Below, piece after piece: positions 58,748 through 64,000 of a stretch of DNA of 64,000 nt. Position numbers and translations under genes: made by a program. Positions within the stretch are counted from its first letter, which is position 1; every line of letters begins with the position of its first letter. This DNA comes from Pseudomonadota bacterium (GTDB lineage Bacteria > Pseudomonadota > Gammaproteobacteria > Burkholderiales > Burkholderiaceae_C), in contig JAJZAQ010000009.1 in assembly GCA_021799355.1 (NCBI GenBank), positions 7,189 to 71,188 of the forward strand, read 5' to 3'. The notes under the pieces were generated by a model, which saw nothing but the letters and a program-made list of their open reading frames with translations, was not told the DNA's origin and searched no databases.

Positions 58748-58948
58748 GACACGCTTACCTTTTACCGCTGAGCAGATCTGGTCTGGTGTGCTGGTGACTT
58801 TTAGTCGGGTACGGCACTGGGCAGATCGCACCGGGGTTGCAGAGTCCCGGCTTTGGCTGGCGGAGAAGGTGAACTCCACAGGTCAATTCCCGCACCAGGG
58901 ATCCAAGACTGGCGTGCGCCGCGCGCTAAGTTGGGTGAAGGAAAATAC

Positions 58949-59317
58949 ATGATTCAGACGCAATCCAGACTGGATGTGGCCGACAACACGGGCGCCAAAT
59001 CCGTCATGTGTATCAAGGTGCTGGGCGGCTCCAAGCGCCGCTACGCCGGCGTGGGCGACATCATCAAGGTCAGCATCAAGGAAGCCGCGCCGCGGGGCCG
59101 TGTGAAAAAGGGCGAGGTGTACAACGCCGTGGTGGTGCGTACTGCCAAGGGCGTGCGTCGCACGGATGGCTCGCTCATCAAGTTCGACGGCAATGCCGCG
59201 GTGTTGCTCAACTCCAAGCTCGAACCCATCGGGACGCGTATTTTCGGCCCGGTGACGCGCGAACTGCGTACCGAGCGCTTCATGAAAATCGTTTCGCTGG
59301 CGCCCGAAGTGCTCTGA
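58949..59317 (+). CDS. rplN: 50S ribosomal protein L14
   Basis: [17 protein letters not shown]...[10 protein letters not shown], 122 aa. Confidence 0.98.
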   Translation: MIQTQSRLDVADNTGAKSVMCIKVLGGSKRRYAGVGDIIKVSIKEAAPRGRVKKGEVYNAVVVRTAKGVRRTDGSLIKFDGNAAVLLNSKLEPIGTRIFGPVTRELRTERFMKIVSLAPEVL

Positions 59318-59339
59318 GCGTGCGAGAAAAGGATTTGTG

Positions 59340-59657
59340 ATGAACAAGATTCGCAGAGATGACGAAGTGATCGTCATTGCCGGCAGCGACAAGGGTCGCC
59401 GTGGCCGCGTGGTTGCGCGCGTCGACGCGCAGCACATCATCGTCGAAGGCGTGCGCACGGTGAAAAAAAACGTCCGTCCCAACCCGATGCGCGGTGAGGC
59501 CGGCGGCGTGGTGTCGCGCGACCTGCCGATCCACCAGAGCAATGTCGCCATTTACAACCCGGCCACTGGCAAAGCCGATCGCGTGGGTTTCAAGATTCTG
59601 GCTGATGGCAGCAAAGTGCGCGTCTTCAAGTCCAGTGGCGAGCAGATTAAGGGCTGA
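59340..59657 (+). CDS. rplX: 50S ribosomal protein L24
   Basis: [22 protein letters not shown] (KOW motif). Confidence 0.97.
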   Translation: MNKIRRDDEVIVIAGSDKGRRGRVVARVDAQHIIVEGVRTVKKNVRPNPMRGEAGGVVSRDLPIHQSNVAIYNPATGKADRVGFKILADGSKVRVFKSSGEQIKG

Positions 59658-59668
59658 CCGGAGGATTT

Positions 59669-60208
59669 ATGTCGCGCCTGCAAACGGTTTACAAAGAAAA
59701 AATCGTGCCCGAACTGATGGCCAAATTCGGCTACAAGTCGGTCATGGAAGTGCCGCGCCTGACCAAAGTGACGCTCAATATGGGGGTGTCCGAGGCGGTG
59801 GCTGACAAAAAGGTCATGGAACACGCCGTCGGCGATTTGACCAAGATTGCCGGTCAAAAGCCGGTGGTGACCCGCTCGCGCAAGGCCATTGCCGGGTTCA
59901 AGATCCGGGAAAATCTGCCCATTGGCTGCATGGTGACCCTGCGCGGGGCGCGGATGTACGACTTTCTCGACCGCTTCGTCACCATCGCCCTGCCGCGTGT
60001 GCGCGATTTCCGCGGCATTTCGGCGCGTGCGTTCGATGGTCGTGGCAACTACAACATCGGGGTGAAAGAACAGATCATCTTCCCCGAAATCGAGTACGAC
60101 AAAATCGACGCGCTGCGCGGGCTGAACATCAGCGTCACCACGACGGCGAAAACGGACGAGGAGTGCAAGGCGCTGCTCGCGGCATTTCGCTTCCCGTTCA
60201 AGAATTGA
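59669..60208 (+). CDS. rplE: 50S ribosomal protein L5
   Basis: [22 protein letters not shown]..., 179 aa. Confidence 0.98.
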   Translation: MSRLQTVYKEKIVPELMAKFGYKSVMEVPRLTKVTLNMGVSEAVADKKVMEHAVGDLTKIAGQKPVVTRSRKAIAGFKIRENLPIGCMVTLRGARMYDFLDRFVTIALPRVRDFRGISARAFDGRGNYNIGVKEQIIFPEIEYDKIDALRGLNISVTTTAKTDEECKALLAAFRFPFKN

Positions 60209-60215
60209 GGTCATC

Positions 60216-60521
60216 ATGGCAAAACTGTCGCTCATCAACCGCGAAAAAAAGCGCGAAGACCTGGTTGCGAAATTCGCCGCCAAGCGCGCCGAACTGCAGG
60301 CCATCATTGCGGATTCGTCCAAATCGTTCGAGGAGCGCTACGAGGCGCGCCTGAAGTTGCAGCAGTTGCCGCGTAACTCCTGCCCGACGCGTCTGCGCAA
60401 CCGTTGCGCCATTACCGGGCGGCCGCGCGGCACGTTCCGCCGTTTCGGCCTGTCGCGCAGCAAAATCCGCGAGCTGGCGTTCCGCGGGGAAATCCCCGGG
60501 GTGACCAAGTCCAGCTGGTAA
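60216..60521 (+). CDS. rpsN: 30S ribosomal protein S14
   Basis: [13 protein letters not shown]...IPGVTKSSW, 101 aa. Long, non-zinc form. Confidence 0.97.
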   Translation: MAKLSLINREKKREDLVAKFAAKRAELQAIIADSSKSFEERYEARLKLQQLPRNSCPTRLRNRCAITGRPRGTFRRFGLSRSKIRELAFRGEIPGVTKSSW

Positions 60522-60529
60522 GCAGCTGC

Positions 60530-60590
60530 CAAACCGCTGGTGAACACACCGGGTCATTGTTCAGACAAACTGTCAATCGAGTGCGGTTTG
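60530..60590 (+). promoter_or_regulatory. structured RNA element in the rpsN-rpsH spacer (candidate r-protein leader)
   Basis: Closing stem CAAACCGC (60530-37) / GCGGTTTG (60583-90). It encloses hairpins TGAACA/TGTTCA (60541-46 / 60558-63) and GACA/TGTC (60564-67 / 60571-74). Confidence 0.35.
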
Positions 60591-60630
60591 CCCCTGCGGC
60601 CAGACGCCAACAGTTTTTAGGAGAGTATTG

Positions 60631-61029
60631 ATGAGCATGAGTGATCCCATCGCCGACATGCTGACGCGGATTCGCAACGCGCAGATGGTCGAAAAGGCGA
60701 AGGTAACGATGCCCGCTTCGAAAATCAAAGCGGCAATCGCTCAGGTCCTGCATGAAGAGGGCTATATCGACGGCTACCAGATCCGCCGCGAAAGCGATGC
60801 CAAGGCGGATCTCGAAATTTCGCTGAAGTATTACGCCGGCAAGCCGGTGATCGAGCGCCTGGAGCGGGTCAGCCGCCCAGGGCTGCGGGTCTATCGCGGC
60901 AAGGAAGAAATTCCACAGGTGATGAATGGGTTGGGTGTGGCGATCGTGTCCACTCCCAAGGGCCTGATGACAGACCGCAAGGCGCGCCAGGTCGGCGTCG
61001 GCGGTGAAGTCCTCTGCTACGTGGCTTAA
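60631..61029 (+). CDS. rpsH: 30S ribosomal protein S8
   Basis: AGGAGAG Shine-Dalgarno at 60619-60625. [17 protein letters not shown]... Confidence 0.98.
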   Translation: MSMSDPIADMLTRIRNAQMVEKAKVTMPASKIKAAIAQVLHEEGYIDGYQIRRESDAKADLEISLKYYAGKPVIERLERVSRPGLRVYRGKEEIPQVMNGLGVAIVSTPKGLMTDRKARQVGVGGEVLCYVA

Positions 61030-61040
61030 GGAGAACACGC

Positions 61041-61574
61041 ATGTCACGTATTGCAAAATATCCCGTGCAGATTCCTGCCGGCGTCGAAGTGAGTCTGAGT
61101 GCTGGCAGCATTGCCGTCAAGGGCGGTCTGGGGACGCTGCAGCGCGCGCAGTTTGACGGTGTGCGCATCGCCCAGGAAAACGGCGCCCTGACCTTTGCCC
61201 CGACCAACCCGTCGCGCGAAGCGCATGCCATGTCGGGCACGATGCGCGCGCTGGTGGCTGGCATGGTGCAGGGGGTGTCCAAAGGTTTCGAGCGCAAACT
61301 CACCTTGGTTGGCGTGGGCTTCAAGGCGCAGGCGCAGGGCAACAAGCTCAACCTGTCGTTGGGCTTTTCTCACCCGATCGTCAAAGAGATGCCCGAAGGG
61401 ATCAAGGTCGAAACCCCCTCGCCGACGGAAATCGTCATCAAGGGGGTGGATAAGCAACTCGTTGGTCAGGTGGCCGCGGAAGTCCGCGCGTATCGGCCGC
61501 CCGAGCCGTACAAGGGCAAGGGAGTGCGCTACGCCGATGAAGTCGTGGTGATCAAGGAAACCAAGAAGAAGTAA
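61041..61574 (+). CDS. rplF: 50S ribosomal protein L6
   Basis: [17 protein letters not shown]...PYKGKGVRY, 177 aa. Confidence 0.98.
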   Translation: MSRIAKYPVQIPAGVEVSLSAGSIAVKGGLGTLQRAQFDGVRIAQENGALTFAPTNPSREAHAMSGTMRALVAGMVQGVSKGFERKLTLVGVGFKAQAQGNKLNLSLGFSHPIVKEMPEGIKVETPSPTEIVIKGVDKQLVGQVAAEVRAYRPPEPYKGKGVRYADEVVVIKETKKK

Positions 61575-61585
61575 GGGCCAGGATC

Positions 61586-61945
61586 ATGATCAGCAAAAAT
61601 ATGTCCCGTCTGCGCCGTGCGCAAGCCACCCGCCGCCGTATCGCGCGCCTGCGCGCCGTGCGCCTGGCGGTGCATCGCACCAACCAGCACATTTACGCCA
61701 ACATCATTTCCGCCGATGGCGACCGCATTCTGGCTTCGGCCTCGACGGTAGAGCCGGAAGTGCGCACCCAGCTGGCGGGCCGTGGCGGCAACGTGGCGGC
61801 GGCTGCGGTCGTCGGGGCGCGGATTGCCGAAAAGGCCAAGGCCGCAGGGATCGAAGCCGTGGCGTTCGACCGTTCGGGTTTTCGCTTTCATGGGCGCATC
61901 AAGGCGCTCGCCGAGGCTGCGCGTCAAGCCGGCCTGAAGTTCTGA
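61586..61945 (+). CDS. rplR: 50S ribosomal protein L18
   Basis: [16 protein letters not shown]...[20 protein letters not shown]. Confidence 0.97.
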   Translation: MISKNMSRLRRAQATRRRIARLRAVRLAVHRTNQHIYANIISADGDRILASASTVEPEVRTQLAGRGGNVAAAAVVGARIAEKAKAAGIEAVAFDRSGFRFHGRIKALAEAARQAGLKF

Positions 61946-61958
61946 GAACGAGCACATC

Positions 61959-62477
61959 ATGGCCAAAGTTCAAAACAAGTTTGCCAACGAAACGCGCGAT
62001 GACGGCCTGCGCGAAAAAATGATTGCGGTCAACCGCGTGACCAAAGTGGTCAAGGGTGGCCGGATTCTCGGCTTTGCCGCGCTGACCGTGGTCGGCGATG
62101 GCGATGGGCGCATCGGCATGGGCAAAGGCAAGGCGCGCGAGGTGCCCGTTGCAGTGCAAAAAGCCATGGAGCAGGCGCGGCGCAATATGATCAAGGTGCC
62201 GCTGAAAAACGGGACGCTGCACCACAAGGTCACCGGCCAGCACGGCGCGGCCAACGTCATGATGCTCCCGGCGGTGCAGGGCACGGGGATCATCGCCGGC
62301 GGCCCGATGCGCGCGATGTTCGAAGTGCTGGGCATCACCGACATCGTCGCCAAGAGCCACGGCTCGACCAACCCGTACAACATGGTGCGCGCCACGCTCG
62401 ATGCACTGGGCAATATGAAGTCGGCGCAGGAAATTGCCATGAAGCGGGGCAAAACCGTTGAAGAGATTCTGGGCTGA
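61959..62477 (+). CDS. rpsE: 30S ribosomal protein S5
   Basis: [40 protein letters not shown]. Confidence 0.98.
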   Translation: MAKVQNKFANETRDDGLREKMIAVNRVTKVVKGGRILGFAALTVVGDGDGRIGMGKGKAREVPVAVQKAMEQARRNMIKVPLKNGTLHHKVTGQHGAANVMMLPAVQGTGIIAGGPMRAMFEVLGITDIVAKSHGSTNPYNMVRATLDALGNMKSAQEIAMKRGKTVEEILG

Positions 62478-62482
62478 ACATC

Positions 62483-62668
62483 ATGAGCGATAAAAAAACC
62501 ATCAAGGTCAAGCTGGTGCGCAGCGTCATCGGCACCCGCGAGTCACACCGCGCAACCGTGCGTGGGCTGGGGCTGCGCAAGCTGGGTAGCGTGCGCGAGC
62601 TGGAAGACACGCCGGCGGTGCGCGGAATGGTGCGCAAGGTCAACTATCTGGTCGAAATCTGCGGCTGA
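62483..62668 (+). CDS. rpmD: 50S ribosomal protein L30
   Basis: [29 protein letters not shown], 61 aa. Confidence 0.96.
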   Translation: MSDKKTIKVKLVRSVIGTRESHRATVRGLGLRKLGSVRELEDTPAVRGMVRKVNYLVEICG

Positions 62669-62696
62669 ACGCCGTCAGACCAGCGTCGGGCCAACG

Positions 62697-62718
62697 CAAA
62701 CCAGCGACAAACCAGCGA
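62697..62718 (+). repeat. perfect tandem duplication of an 11-mer in the rpmD-rplO spacer
   Basis: CAAACCAGCGA occurs twice back-to-back. A degenerate third copy (CAGACCAGCGT) lies at about 62677-62687. Confidence 0.8.
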
Positions 62719-62769
62719 AAGGCGTGTGGTTCAACCCCGCGCAGGGCAACACAATTTGCGAGACGGACT

Positions 62770-63216
62770 ATGCAACTCAATACCATCAAGCCGGCTGAAG
62801 GTGCCAAGCATGCCAAGCGTCGTGTCGGCCGCGGCATCGGCTCGGGCCTGGGTAAAACGGCAGGGCGTGGCCACAAAGGCCAGAAATCGCGTGCCGGCGG
62901 TTTTCACAAGGTTGGCTTCGAAGGCGGTCAGATGCCGCTGCAGCGTCGTCTGCCCAAGCGTGGCTTCAAGTCGGCGCTGGCGCAGTACAGCGCGCAAGTC
63001 ACCCTGCGCGACCTCGACCGCCTGCAGGAAGACGAAATCGATCTGTTGGTGCTCAAGGCGCACGGCCTCGTTCCGGAGCTGACCCGCACTGCCAAGGTGA
63101 TCGCCACTGGCACGATCGGTCGCGCCATCAAGCTGCAGGGGCTGCTGGCGAGCAAGGGCGCGCGCACTGCGATCGAGGCGGCGGGTGGCAGCATCGCCCA
63201 GCAGGCCGCAGCCTGA
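62770..63216 (+). CDS. rplO: 50S ribosomal protein L15
   Basis: [41 protein letters not shown]. Confidence 0.97.
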   Translation: MQLNTIKPAEGAKHAKRRVGRGIGSGLGKTAGRGHKGQKSRAGGFHKVGFEGGQMPLQRRLPKRGFKSALAQYSAQVTLRDLDRLQEDEIDLLVLKAHGLVPELTRTAKVIATGTIGRAIKLQGLLASKGARTAIEAAGGSIAQQAAA

Positions 63217-63230
63217 GCGGAATCCCCGAC

Positions 63231-64000
63231 ATGGCCACGTCAACCACGGCACAGCAGGGCAAATACGGCGACTTGGGCCGCCGTCTGTTCTTCCTGCTCG
63301 GCGCGCTGGTGGTCTACCGCATCGGTGCGCACATTCCGGTGCCAGGTATCGCCCCAAGCCACCTCCAGCAGTTGTTCAAGAACAACTCGGGCGGGATTCT
63401 TGGTCTGTTCAACATGTTTTCGGGCGGCGCGCTGGCCCGCTTCACCGTGTTCGCACTGGGGATCATGCCTTACATCTCGGCATCGATCATCATGCAGCTG
63501 CTCACCTACGTCGTGCCTTCGCTCGAAGCGCTGAAAAAGGAGGGTGAGGCAGGGCGGCGTAAAACCACGCAGTACACGCGGTATTTCACCCTGGTGCTTG
63601 CCATTTTCCAGTCATTCGGCATCGCCGTGGCGTTGCAGGCCTCTCCCGGGCTGGTCATCAACCCGGGAATCGGCTTTCAGCTGTCAGCCGTGCTCACCTT
63701 GACGTCCGGCACGATGTTTTTGATGTGGCTCGGCGAGCAGATTACCGAGCGGGGCCTGGGTAACGGGATTTCGATCATCATCTTTTCGGGCATCGTTGCC
63801 GGGCTGCCTTCGGCGATTGCCGGTTTGGCCGAGCTGGTGAGCACGGGGGCGATGAGTGTGCTCGTCGCGCTGTTCGTCCTTGCCATCGTCGTTCTGGTGA
63901 CGTATTTCGTCGTTTTTGTCGAACGTGGGCAACGCAAGATTCTGGTGAATTACGCCCGGCGCCAGGTGGGCAACAAGGTGTACGGCGGGCAAAGCTCGCA
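63231..64000 (+). CDS. secY: preprotein translocase subunit SecY (3' end outside window)
   Basis: My own translation from ATG 63231 reads [40 protein letters not shown]...[15 protein letters not shown]...[16 protein letters not shown]. The frame is open to the window end and is not in the supplied ORF track. Confidence 0.95.
   Translation, partial: MATSTTAQQGKYGDLGRRLFFLLGALVVYRIGAHIPVPGIAPSHLQQLFKNNSGGILGLFNMFSGGALARFTVFALGIMPYISASIIMQLLTYVVPSLEALKKEGEAGRRKTTQYTRYFTLVLAIFQSFGIAVALQASPGLVINPGIGFQLSAVLTLTSGTMFLMWLGEQITERGLGNGISIIIFSGIVAGLPSAIAGLAELVSTGAMSVLVALFVLAIVVLVTYFVVFVERGQRKILVNYARRQVGNKVYGGQSS

Noticed and set aside
58746-58952. 68-aa ORF filling the rplN leader whose TGA overlaps the rplN ATG (ATGA).
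   Set aside because: Its ATG lies inside the predicted -10 hexamer, so it would not be transcribed from that promoter. It has many A/T-ending codons, unlike genes in this window, and no Shine-Dalgarno. It is kept only as a caveat on the leader finding.
58949-64000. Lower GC of the ribosomal-protein operon as a sign of horizontal transfer.
   Set aside because: The content is universally conserved and the gene order is canonical. The composition shift is what highly expressed, Lys-rich ribosomal genes normally show.
1-64000. CRISPR arrays, IS elements, integrases, prophage or toxin-antitoxin/defence cassettes.
   Set aside because: I saw no regularly spaced direct repeats, no transposase, integrase or recombinase motifs, and no terminal inverted repeats flanking any block. 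The window reads as core chromosome.

Overview
Very GC-rich chromosomal window; third codon positions are almost all G/C. Gene content and synteny (dusB-fis-purH-ruvC, fabA, azlCD, spc ribosomal operon) look betaproteobacterial, Burkholderiales/Rhodocyclales-like. I call about 69 protein-coding genes, tightly packed, with many ATGA-type stop/start overlaps. I found no rRNA, tRNA, CRISPR array, transposase, integrase or phage genes.

Gene content from left to right:
- A leucine-catabolic (liu) operon with bioB, a DUF4126-like membrane protein and a 2-hydroxyacid dehydrogenase inserted into it.
- ybaK, DUF1289, dusB-fis-purH, then ruvC / MBL hydrolase / fabA / ruvA.
- An AcpA-type phosphoesterase lipoprotein coupled to a di-haem cytochrome c peroxidase.
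- AraC-azlCD, dsbC/G, a ubiH-family hydroxylase, asmA, a Sel1-repeat protein with PPK2, cytochrome b561, tldD, pyrF-moaC, dacB and a SemiSWEET.
- An OmpR-type two-component pair, a PEBP-family protein, a CDF transporter, and an ABC system with no binding-protein gene followed by a GT28-like glycosyltransferase.
- A five-gene tungsten aldehyde oxidoreductase (aorABC-type) operon that includes a MoaD-like gene.
- A di-iron ferritin-like protein, an OmpA-like lipoprotein, and a 1327-aa FAD/Fe-S fusion protein.
- An octahaem cytochrome c plus cytochrome b pair.
- HIT, a second PPK2, ubiX, grxD, prmC-prfA-hemA, and the spc ribosomal operon (rplN to secY, truncated by the window).

Nothing here is a clear-cut novel system. 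The most interesting functionally unassigned modules are the octahaem cytochrome/cytochrome b pair with its AT-rich nested-palindrome control region, the aor operon with its two small accessory genes, the 1327-aa DUF3683-like FAD/Fe-S fusion, and the ABC system. All family calls come from motif recognition by eye. None has been checked against a database.
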